Origin: a virus
Taxonomy: Duplodnaviria; Caudoviricetes
Direction: 5' to 3' (one strand)
IMG/VR virus record: IMGVR_UViG_3300037470_000569
Coordinates: 16,679-80,678 of that record
DNA: 64,000 bases
The notes beneath the pieces are model-generated. The model was not told the DNA's origin and ran no database searches. It worked only from the letters and a program-made list of their open reading frames with translations. The translations under genes and the position numbers were made by a program. Positions 56,363 to 64,000 of the stretch are shown one piece after another. Positions within the stretch are counted from its first letter, which is position 1. Each line of letters opens with the position of its first letter.

Positions 56363-56770
56363 ATGACCATTCGTAGGTTCGCTGCGCTGGCGTTCACTGC
56401 TGCTTTCACCTTTGCTGGTATCTTCATGCTTTCCAGTGGTGAGCCGGCAGGTGCATGTCAGTATGGCTGCCAGCCCACAACGACATGTGCACCGACGACC
56501 ACTACCACGACTGTCCCGGCATCGACCAGTACGACGGCGCCTCCGACAACTGTGACGGTGCCGTCGACGATCGTCGTTCCTATCACTGTGCCTGTCCCTA
56601 TCACCGTCCCTGTTCCCGTGTTCGTCCCTGTGACGGTCCCCGTCGAAACTCCTCAGGTCGAGACCGCTGACGTCAACGTGACTCAGTTCGTGGAGAACCC
56701 GACGACCGTGATCGAACGTCGAGTGTCGGTACCCGTCGCCGTGACGGCTACACCGCGATTCACCGGCTGA
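56363..56770 (+). CDS. Secreted Thr/Pro/Val-rich protein
   Basis: Signal peptide; PITVPV repeats; ends TPRFTG. Confidence 0.65.
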   Translation: MTIRRFAALAFTAAFTFAGIFMLSSGEPAGACQYGCQPTTTCAPTTTTTTVPASTSTTAPPTTVTVPSTIVVPITVPVPITVPVPVFVPVTVPVETPQVETADVNVTQFVENPTTVIERRVSVPVAVTATPRFTG

Positions 56771-56785
56771 TCGAAGGAGTACATC

Positions 56786-58117
56786 TTGCGAGTGGGGTAT
56801 TGCAAGCTTGGGCGTAGCATGCCCCTCGACCCGAGCGCTTGGGGAGTAGTAGGCGGAGATGATGAACCACCGCTGCTCCTCAAGACGCTCGCGCTCGCTC
56901 ATCCCGAAGTTGAGTGGGTGATCATAGGTCGAAACTCGGGTGAAAAGCCCATGGACGTTGGACTCCCCAGTAACGTCACCAACCCCTGGGTAGACATCCT
57001 ACCCAATCTGAAGGCCGACCTTCGTCAAGCGAAAAGCACACTTGAAAAGATCGCAATCTACGACCAATATACACTTGACCTCTTTCGCAACGTCGATGAA
57101 CTCGTGATTTGGACGGGTCAGCACGGTACAAGCAATTCACCAATTCCGAAGGTTGGAGCGGGTTGGGATGATGTCACCCAGCCACAAGAGGCATTTGTCA
57201 ACTACGCTTCATACGCGGTGAGAGGTATCAACGCCTTCCGTCAGATTGACCCACTGAGCCGTGAAGAGATCTGGCTCTGTCCCGATCCTCGCAACTACCT
57301 CAAGTGTCGTGATCTGAAGTGGCCACCGTTGCACCCGGTACTGGGTCAGTTCGACTTCACTCGGACCGATAAGCACGAGCGCTACACCGACACGCGGTCG
57401 CCCGAGGAATGCGGGTTCAGCGACGCCGTGACGAAAGTCGATGGCAACGTTTGGACCGCGCATCACGAGTACATCTACTCACAGCTCGAGATTTGCGGCA
57501 TCCTTCCTGAGCACGTGAACGCCGAGTTCTCTGGCGACTTCTACGGTCGTCGACAATTCGGTCTATTCATTAATGAAGCTCGGTCGTATGTGAAGCACAA
57601 TCGACTAGATGCACTTACTCAGTTCGTGCTGCCGCTCCAGCCCGACTTCATTCACGGGAAGTGGACACCCGCGTCACAGGAGACGATCACAACTCTCGGT
57701 GGTCCAGTCATCCAGCCCGCTCCTGCCGAAGCATATTACGACCTACTCCGCAGCGTGAAGTGTACCTTCACAACGCCATCCAGTGGCTCAGGTTGGGCAA
57801 CGACGAAGCCATGGCAATCTTTCGCTACGGGAACCATCTGCTTCTTTCATCCTGAGTATGATACGCAGGGGCATATCATTCCGACAAAGGATCAGGTGGA
57901 AGCCTGGGAGTCCAGCGTCGGAATCGATGACGAGCGCATTCATCTCGCTAAGTGGTTGCGGGTTGATTCACCTGATGAACTTCGAAAGAAGGTCGACGCT
58001 GTGTCATCCAGTCCCGATACGTGGGCGTGGTTGGCAACGACGCAGCGCAGACTATACGATAAAGCTTGCAATGAACGACGCATAATCAAGCTGATCGAAG
58101 AGAGGCTGCGCCTGTGA
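56786..58117 (+). CDS. GT-B glycosyltransferase, T4 beta-glucosyltransferase-like (candidate DNA GT)
   Basis: C-terminal TKPWQSFATGTICFFHPEYDTQGHII...VDSPDELRKKV resembles T4 BGT as recalled from memory. Confidence 0.65.
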   Translation: MRVGYCKLGRSMPLDPSAWGVVGGDDEPPLLLKTLALAHPEVEWVIIGRNSGEKPMDVGLPSNVTNPWVDILPNLKADLRQAKSTLEKIAIYDQYTLDLFRNVDELVIWTGQHGTSNSPIPKVGAGWDDVTQPQEAFVNYASYAVRGINAFRQIDPLSREEIWLCPDPRNYLKCRDLKWPPLHPVLGQFDFTRTDKHERYTDTRSPEECGFSDAVTKVDGNVWTAHHEYIYSQLEICGILPEHVNAEFSGDFYGRRQFGLFINEARSYVKHNRLDALTQFVLPLQPDFIHGKWTPASQETITTLGGPVIQPAPAEAYYDLLRSVKCTFTTPSSGSGWATTKPWQSFATGTICFFHPEYDTQGHIIPTKDQVEAWESSVGIDDERIHLAKWLRVDSPDELRKKVDAVSSSPDTWAWLATTQRRLYDKACNERRIIKLIEERLRL

Positions 58118-59160
58118 TAGATAAGAAGGTCGCACTCATCACGACCACCATCAACGTTCCCACCGTACTGGAACGGTACGTGATTGACTGGAAGCGCGAC
58201 TCCGACGAAGATCTCGAGATCATTGTGGCCGGCGATGTTCAAACCCCGACTGAGGCTCAGGAGTACGTCGAAGAGACGCTCGACGGCGCATACATCGGTA
58301 TTAACACGCCAAACGCGACGCGTTGGCGAAGCCATGATGTTATCGGTCTTCGCTCAATTCAGCGCCGCAACCTCGCTCTACTTCACGCCATTTCAATCGG
58401 CGCTGATGTGATCATCACGGTTGACGACGATAACTCGCCGAGCGAGCACTATGTGCGACGCATGCTTGATGAGTTGTATTGCGCGCGTCAATCTTTGTGG
58501 ACTTCACCTAACGGTTGGTTCAACCCGGGCGGTCTACTCAGCCCGCCAACCTGGGCTCGTGGCTTCCCAATTCATGAGCGATCGACTACACCAGGCGTGA
58601 TGCTCGGTGTTCGTGGGCCGACTGATGTTGATTCAGTTGCGGTGGTCAATGGTTTAACCACCGGTGATCCTGATGTTGACGCATTCGAGCGACTTGCGAA
58701 TAAGCCATGGGCGACACACGTGATGGCTAGTCAGAACATGGTGCTCAATGCTGGCACATGGGCACCGATCAATACGCAGAACACGGGATTCGTACGCATC
58801 GTCGCGCCACTCTTTCAGGTCATGTGCGGTGTCGGTCGGTACGATGATATCCTCGCATCGTACGTTGCTCGTGCTGTGTTTGATTCATTTCACGTGCATG
58901 TCAGCTATGGTCACCCGACGACGCACTCGGTGCGCAATGAGCACAACCTCATCACCGATCTCGAACGTGAGCTGTTCGGTTACCGAATCACACTCGAGTT
59001 CTGCGAGCGACTACGCTCGGCGACGATGGTCGGTAGTGTCGTCAACCGACTTGCTGATGCATATGAACTCGTGAGAGATCTGCTGCCAGCTCATACCCAA
59101 GATGCGAATGATGTGTGGATTGACGACGTCAACACCGCACTCAAAGAGGGAGATCATTGA
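58114..59160 (+). CDS. RGP/STELLO-like GT-A protein (NDP-sugar mutase-like)
   Basis: ITTTINVP, RRNL.LL.A, TVDDDN, GDPDVDA, NTQNT, GRYDDI. Confidence 0.7.
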   Translation: MIDKKVALITTTINVPTVLERYVIDWKRDSDEDLEIIVAGDVQTPTEAQEYVEETLDGAYIGINTPNATRWRSHDVIGLRSIQRRNLALLHAISIGADVIITVDDDNSPSEHYVRRMLDELYCARQSLWTSPNGWFNPGGLLSPPTWARGFPIHERSTTPGVMLGVRGPTDVDSVAVVNGLTTGDPDVDAFERLANKPWATHVMASQNMVLNAGTWAPINTQNTGFVRIVAPLFQVMCGVGRYDDILASYVARAVFDSFHVHVSYGHPTTHSVRNEHNLITDLERELFGYRITLEFCERLRSATMVGSVVNRLADAYELVRDLLPAHTQDANDVWIDDVNTALKEGDH

Positions 59161-60173
59161 TGACCAAACGCAATGTTCTTGTGACCGGAGCCGGTGGATT
59201 CATCGGCGGTCACCTCGTGAAGCGACTGCTTGCGGAGGGTGATTACGTCACAGCAGTCGACATCAAGGGCCTCGACCAGTGGCACCAGGTGCATGAAGTG
59301 GGGAACGTCGACTACTTCGATCTAAGCAGCATAAGCACAGCACTTAAGCTGCAGGAGTATCGCTTCGACGAGGTGTTCCAGCTTGCTGCTGATATGGGCG
59401 GTATGGGCTTCATCGAGACCAACAAACTCGAGTGTATGCTCACAGTGCTGACGACGACGAACGTGCTCATGTTGGCCAATGTGGCAGGTTGGGGTCGAGT
59501 CACATACGCCTCCAGTGCATGTGTATATCCCGGGTACATGCAGAACGACCCGATGAATATGAGTTCTCAGCGCTGGATGCTCGCCGAGGGTGATGCTTAT
59601 CCGGCCGATCCCGAGGATGGGTATGGCTGGGAAAAGCTCTTCGGTGAGCGGATGCACCGACATTTCCGTGAGGATCGCAACCTCGATACTCGTGTGGTAC
59701 GGTTTCACAATGTCTACGGACCACATGGTTCCTGGACAGGTGGACGTGAGAAGGCGCCCGCCGCGTTGTGTCGGAAAGTTGCGCACGCCAAGCTCACCGG
59801 CACCACCGAGGTTGAGGTCTGGGGCGATGGTACTCAACTTCGTTCGTTCTGCTACGTCGACGACGCGGTCGAAGGCATGCTCCGAGTCGGTCGTGGCGCT
59901 TACGTTGATGCAGTGAACGTCGGCAGTGCAGAGCTCGTGTCAGTCAATGATCTGCTCGATGTGATCACATTCATCGCTGACTATGATGTCTCGCCGAAGT
60001 ACATCCCGGGACCACTCGGCGTCAAGGGTCGCTCCAGTGATAACACGCTCATCAAGGAGCTATACGGCTGGGAGCCGTCGATCCCCTTCACCAACGGCAT
60101 GCGAAAGACGTACGACTGGGTCGAAGAGCAGGTCCAGCGTGAACTCGAACTTGGAGGAGAACGACTGCGATGA
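59160..60173 (+). CDS. GDP-mannose 3,5-epimerase-like SDR
   Basis: GAGGFIG, LAADMGGMGFI, SSACVYP, YGWEKL, GGREKAPAALCRK. Confidence 0.85.
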   Translation: MTKRNVLVTGAGGFIGGHLVKRLLAEGDYVTAVDIKGLDQWHQVHEVGNVDYFDLSSISTALKLQEYRFDEVFQLAADMGGMGFIETNKLECMLTVLTTTNVLMLANVAGWGRVTYASSACVYPGYMQNDPMNMSSQRWMLAEGDAYPADPEDGYGWEKLFGERMHRHFREDRNLDTRVVRFHNVYGPHGSWTGGREKAPAALCRKVAHAKLTGTTEVEVWGDGTQLRSFCYVDDAVEGMLRVGRGAYVDAVNVGSAELVSVNDLLDVITFIADYDVSPKYIPGPLGVKGRSSDNTLIKELYGWEPSIPFTNGMRKTYDWVEEQVQRELELGGERLR

Positions 60174-60652
60174 GTGACCATTGGTCTTGGCTCGGATCAA
60201 CCCGAGAGCTTCAAGAGCAATACTTCAACGTTGACTACGATGAGTTCAAACGGAATGGTCTGAAGCTCGCCGACTACTTTCGCGTCCAGGCACTCTCAAT
60301 CAACTGTGAAGTGATTGAGTTCCTCGATGAGGTCAACTGGAAGCCGTGGTCTGACGACGCACCAGGTGATGTTCCCGACCGTGATGCGGCTGTCAGCGAG
60401 TTGATCGACGCCGCGCACTTCCTCGCCAATCTCGCCTGTGTGCTTGGTGTCACTGACGAGGAGTGGGAAGCGAAGTACCAGGCGAAGCAGGAACGTAACC
60501 GCGAACGTCAGCGGAGCGGTGAGTACACCCGTGCGAAGTACAAGTGTCCCAAGTGCGCTCGCGAGCTTGATCGACCAGGTGCGGTGCAGCCGAAAGACAA
60601 TGAGTTCATTTGCAATGGCTGTGGTACGCAGGTTGAAGTCCTGAGCGCCTAG
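60170..60652 (+). CDS. All-alpha dUTPase/dCTPase (MazG-like)
   Basis: E..EFLDEVNWKPW, ELIDAAHF, Y..K..RN.ERQ. Confidence 0.8.
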   Translation: MSDHWSWLGSTRELQEQYFNVDYDEFKRNGLKLADYFRVQALSINCEVIEFLDEVNWKPWSDDAPGDVPDRDAAVSELIDAAHFLANLACVLGVTDEEWEAKYQAKQERNRERQRSGEYTRAKYKCPKCARELDRPGAVQPKDNEFICNGCGTQVEVLSA

Positions 60653-60664
60653 TAGAACTACTCC

Positions 60665-61861
60665 GTGACACTTCGCGCAGTGGACGTCATGGGGTTCGCC
60701 GGGGGTTTCACTCTCGGTACCGTCCAGGCAGGCTTCAAGCTTGTCGGAAAGCGAGAACTGAAGGGTGCCTTCGGTGGACCGAATTGTCTGGCGAATCGAC
60801 ACCTATTGGGTGACGACTGGGAACTACAAGAGGGCGACGAAACTACCTGGGACCCTGTAGATGCAGAGTACATATTCGGAAACCCGCCTTGCTCAGGGTT
60901 CTCGCTTATGTCTCGCAGTGACTTCCGAGGCGTCGACTCACCAGCCAATAAATGCATGTGGTCACTAGTCAGCTACGCCGCTCGAGTGCGTCCGTACGTG
61001 ATCGCATTCGAGTCCGTTCAGCAGGCATACACCGGTGGTCGGCCGCTGATGCAGTCGCTCGTCCAGTGGCTCCGTGAAGCTACTGGTCTCGACTATCACT
61101 TGTGGCACGTCAAGCACAACAACCTCGCGCTTGGAGGCTGTGCCGAACGGCGACGCTACTTCTTCGTCGCATCACGGATTCCATTCGGCGTCGAACGACC
61201 GCGACTCCGTAGCACTCCGACCCTCTGGGATGCGATCGGGGACCTCGAGTCATCCTCAGTCACCTGGGAACGGCAGCCGTATCGGACTGGACCCAGTCGC
61301 TGGGCGACTCCGTTGCGGGACGATTCGGGGTCCTTTGATGGTCACGCCATTCGGATCACTCCGGAGTTCCGGCGTGCCATGGATCTGCTTCCGATTGCCG
61401 GACCCTGGGCTCACCGTGAGAGCATTTCAGATGTCGCGAAGCGCTACCATAACCTCACGGGAACGCTTCCACCGTCTTGGGAGTACCGTCGAGAGAAGCT
61501 GCTTAACAACGACTTTCACCTGGGCTTTCATCAGCTCGTACGCTGGGACCCGACGAAACACGCTCGCGTCATCACGGGCGGCGCGCTCCAGCTAGTACTT
61601 CACCCGTACCTCGACCGCACGCTCACGCATCGCGAGGCAGCTCGCATCATGGGATACCCTGATAACTGGAACGTCTACTCACTCCGCAAGTACTCTCAAC
61701 TTCAAGCGACCTGGGGGAAAGGGATACCTTGTGGTAGTGGTCGCTGGCTTTCTTCATGGGTAAGACGCTCACTGCTCGGATCACCCGGGGAACTCACTGG
61801 TGAGGTGATTGGCGATCGCGAGCGACTGATCGACCTGACGAAGGTTGAACTCACTACCTAG
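60665..61861 (+). CDS. DNA cytosine-C5 methyltransferase
   Basis: FAGG, GNPPCSGFS, ESV, R.R.FFV, LTHREAARIMGYPD. Confidence 0.8.
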   Translation: MTLRAVDVMGFAGGFTLGTVQAGFKLVGKRELKGAFGGPNCLANRHLLGDDWELQEGDETTWDPVDAEYIFGNPPCSGFSLMSRSDFRGVDSPANKCMWSLVSYAARVRPYVIAFESVQQAYTGGRPLMQSLVQWLREATGLDYHLWHVKHNNLALGGCAERRRYFFVASRIPFGVERPRLRSTPTLWDAIGDLESSSVTWERQPYRTGPSRWATPLRDDSGSFDGHAIRITPEFRRAMDLLPIAGPWAHRESISDVAKRYHNLTGTLPPSWEYRREKLLNNDFHLGFHQLVRWDPTKHARVITGGALQLVLHPYLDRTLTHREAARIMGYPDNWNVYSLRKYSQLQATWGKGIPCGSGRWLSSWVRRSLLGSPGELTGEVIGDRERLIDLTKVELTT

Positions 61862-61910
61862 ATCTTGATACAGTTGAGATCCGTTACCCAACACCTCCGA
61901 GAGGACAGAC

Positions 61911-62222
61911 GTGACCGTGACCGACACCCCCACCCCCGAGGCTCCCGCCGGCCCATTCGTCGAGAACACCCGACGTTCCATCGATGTGATCGAACGTGAC
62001 CGCATGATCGCCAAGTCAATCGCCGTCAGCGAAGAGGGTAAGTTCACTGTGGACGCCCTCGCCGAGCGCCTTGGCCTCAAGCGCAATGCGACCTACGCAT
62101 CCATCGTGAACCTCAAGCGTCGGGAGTTCGTCGCCAAGGAGCGCACTGACTCCCGCACGCCCATCTGGTTCCTCACGGAGCTCGGTCGGCAGTACGTCGA
62201 GCAGCTTCCTCCCGCCAGCTGA
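61911..62222 (+). CDS. Winged-helix protein
   Basis: FTVDALAERLGL...YASIVNLKR...WFLTELG. Confidence 0.7.
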   Translation: MTVTDTPTPEAPAGPFVENTRRSIDVIERDRMIAKSIAVSEEGKFTVDALAERLGLKRNATYASIVNLKRREFVAKERTDSRTPIWFLTELGRQYVEQLPPAS

Positions 62223-62228
62223 GACCGC

Positions 62229-62275
62229 CCGCCGACGGGAGGACGTGACATCTACTCACGCCTCCCGGTCGGTGG
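62229..62275 (+). terminator. Long GC hairpin, terminator-like, abutting the next promoter
   Basis: CCGCCGACGGGAGG..CGTGA/TCACG..CCTCCCGGTCGGTGG. Confidence 0.55.
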
Positions 62276-62304
62276 TTGACAGTGATCCCAACTTATGATA
62301 CAAT
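62276..62304 (+). promoter_or_regulatory. Near-consensus SigA promoter with extended -10
   Basis: TTGACA-N17-TACAAT with TGn. Confidence 0.85.
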
Positions 62305-62337
62305 GTTCACAACAAGTTCGATCTTGAGGAGTGGTGG

Positions 62338-62496
62338 ATGACACTCGGAATATCTTTCGGCAGTCTGTTAGGGTTCGTCATCGGTTCGGGCATCGTCAAC
62401 CTGATTCTGCAGATTCGGTTCAATCGGGACATACGTAAGCAAGATACCGGTTGCCCTTGCTCTATGTGTCGATTCACTTATGGGCCACTTCGATGA
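62338..62496 (+). CDS. Small membrane protein with CPCSMC
   Basis: RBS GAGGAG; coupled. Confidence 0.55.
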   Translation: MTLGISFGSLLGFVIGSGIVNLILQIRFNRDIRKQDTGCPCSMCRFTYGPLR

Positions 62497-62747
62497 CACC
62501 GGAGGAAGCTAATCGGTTCGAGAAAGCAGTTCGATTCGCGACGGCCTTGAAGAGTGCCGACGCCCTCGAGGTTCCAGCGGCACTGGTCGCACTCGAGAAG
62601 ACAGGTGATGTTGGTATACACCTTGTTGATGTCTGTTGGTGGGTTCTTGCTGGTACTGTGTCGCGTAGCACAGGGCATACTGAAACCGCACCAACAACCA
62701 GTCGTGAGCAGATCGTTCGCTTGTGTGAGGTCTGGCAATCGCCGTGA
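62493..62747 (+). CDS. Hypothetical protein
   Basis: ATGA coupling. Confidence 0.55.
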   Translation: MTPEEANRFEKAVRFATALKSADALEVPAALVALEKTGDVGIHLVDVCWWVLAGTVSRSTGHTETAPTTSREQIVRLCEVWQSP

Positions 62748-62923
62748 TGAGCTTCGACGTCGGTGAGCTCGTAGATACTGAGACGGGGAAGCGGTTTGAT
62801 GCGTGTGAGGCGACTCGGACGTTCAAGCGAGATCCCGAGCGCTGGAGCACCCCATGGCCTCAGCACGACCCAGGAGATCCGCTCATGCGGCTCGTATGTA
62901 CTGATGGGCCGTGGTGGCGATGA
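62747..62923 (+). CDS. Small hypothetical protein
   Basis: Coupled on both sides. Confidence 0.5.
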   Translation: MSFDVGELVDTETGKRFDACEATRTFKRDPERWSTPWPQHDPGDPLMRLVCTDGPWWR

Positions 62924-63357
62924 CTGAAGAGCGTACCTTCACCGGTGAGGAGCTGCGGAAACTTCGTGAGGACCTGGGATGGTCACGCAAGCTTCTCTCC
63001 GAGCAGACGGGTCTGACCCAGTCCGCCATCAATGCGCTTGAGCGGCATAGGCCGCCGACCGCAACGGAGCATCGGATCATCACCACAGCGCTACTCGACA
63101 CGCTCGATGACACAGCGTCTGTGACACCTGAAGTGATTGCCGACGGAGTGACCCGCGCGCAATCGTGGAATGGTATGAACCGTGGTGACCCGGTCAGAGT
63201 GCAAGGGCAGAGCGGAACATTTCGTTTCGTCTATCATCACGTTGACCCGACCCAGGAGTACATCGAGGTTTACGGACCAACCTTCTCTAAGAAGAAGAAC
63301 CCTCGAGCTCCAGCACGTCGAAGTTTCGATAAGAGTCGGGTGAGGAGAGTTAAGTGA
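62920..63357 (+). CDS. XRE-family HTH protein with a C-terminal SH3-like domain
   Basis: LRKLREDLGWSRKLLSEQTGLTQSAINALE. Confidence 0.75.
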   Translation: MTEERTFTGEELRKLREDLGWSRKLLSEQTGLTQSAINALERHRPPTATEHRIITTALLDTLDDTASVTPEVIADGVTRAQSWNGMNRGDPVRVQGQSGTFRFVYHHVDPTQEYIEVYGPTFSKKKNPRAPARRSFDKSRVRRVK

Positions 63358-63384
63358 GACCACTAAGAATGAGGAGAAAGTAAC

Positions 63385-63612
63385 ATGGCTGAGCGACAAG
63401 CGTTGCATGCGTACCTGAGTGAGCAGTCTCACGAAGCGTGGCATACGTTCTCGGAAGAGAATGGGGTTTCAGTGACGGGGCTCCTGGAGTCACTCGGCCA
63501 TCAGCTGGCTGAGGAGATTGAGGCCGCGGGCGATGCGGCCGATATCCGCGGGGCCTGGGTCAAGCAGGGGCGGAAGGTCGACACCCAGCGTCGTCGTCGA
63601 GGAGGTACGTGA
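63385..63612 (+). CDS. Ribbon-helix-helix-like small protein
   Basis: QALHAYL (strand), helix, GVSVTGLLE. Confidence 0.5.
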   Translation: MAERQALHAYLSEQSHEAWHTFSEENGVSVTGLLESLGHQLAEEIEAAGDAADIRGAWVKQGRKVDTQRRRRGGT

Positions 63613-63613
63613 T

Positions 63614-63973
63614 ATGTCAGGCGACTTCGAACCGAATGGCGCCGGCACGTGGAATCCCTCAGCCAGGACTTCACCACATGACGAAGTGTATGGCGGATCA
63701 GTCGCGGGGATGATTCCCAAGACGGTATCTACCGGTCACGCCCCCTGGACCGGCTGGGCGAACGCTCCCGGTAGCGTTGCCGTCGAGAAGGCCCAGGCGC
63801 TCACCGCGATCGGTCTCCTACGAAAGCTTCTTCGAGAAGGTGTGATGCAGACGGATGGCTGGGTTGGTCCATTTCATCGTGAACTGACTGACGACGAGCA
63901 CGAACTGCTCGAGCTTCTCAGCTCAACCCTTCGACACCCGGCTACGACAGAGGACGGACGTGATGACCGTTGA
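63614..63973 (+). CDS. Hypothetical protein (start reassigned)
   Basis: RBS GGAGG before ATG 63614. Confidence 0.55.
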   Translation: MSGDFEPNGAGTWNPSARTSPHDEVYGGSVAGMIPKTVSTGHAPWTGWANAPGSVAVEKAQALTAIGLLRKLLREGVMQTDGWVGPFHRELTDDEHELLELLSSTLRHPATTEDGRDDR

Positions 63974-64000
63974 TCCCGACGCCACACCCCAAGAGTGGGT

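Noticed and set aside
55416-56363. 315-aa Arg/Gly-rich minus-strand ORF
   Set aside because: Shadow of the Pro/Ala-rich SSB gene.
1-64000. Prophage, integrase, reverse transcriptase or tape-measure gene
   Set aside because: No such motifs were found in this window; they may lie outside it.

Overview
A 64-kb slice of a large, GC-rich tailed phage genome, most likely an actinobacteriophage. No host genes, integrase or CRISPR array are visible. Minus strand, 40.5 kb to 0: primase-helicase, small early genes, ADP-ribosylglycohydrolase, SprT-like protease, DUF1906 endolysin, terminase, portal, a 1282-aa MuF fusion (2H phosphoesterase + MuF + intein + ADP-ribosyltransferase), capsid protease, a glycosyl/methyltransferase cluster, hexamer and pentamer capsid proteins and tail genes. 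A plus-strand island of small genes and one tRNA(CAT) interrupts this block at 7.7-11.5 kb. Plus strand, 41-64 kb: a Ro60/TROVE gene flanked by non-coding RNAs, then nucleotide metabolism, PolA, RuvC, SNF2, Cas4-like, Sak4/SSB, a second sugar-transferase cluster and a C5 methyltransferase. Four highlights. (1) Four tandem Y-RNA-like genes upstream of ro60, an unassigned 189-nt tRNA-shaped RNA downstream, and a 103-nt tmRNA-TLD-like RNA elsewhere. (2) An intein whose candidate homing endonuclease is encoded entirely on the antisense strand. (3) A probable cytosine hypermodification pathway (Asp-type TS-fold enzyme, dCTPase-like, BGT-like GT) with its own GME-like epimerase and RGP-like mutase, suggesting an unusual sugar on DNA. 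(4) An ART writer paired with an ARH eraser. All family calls come from motifs recognised by eye; no database search was run.
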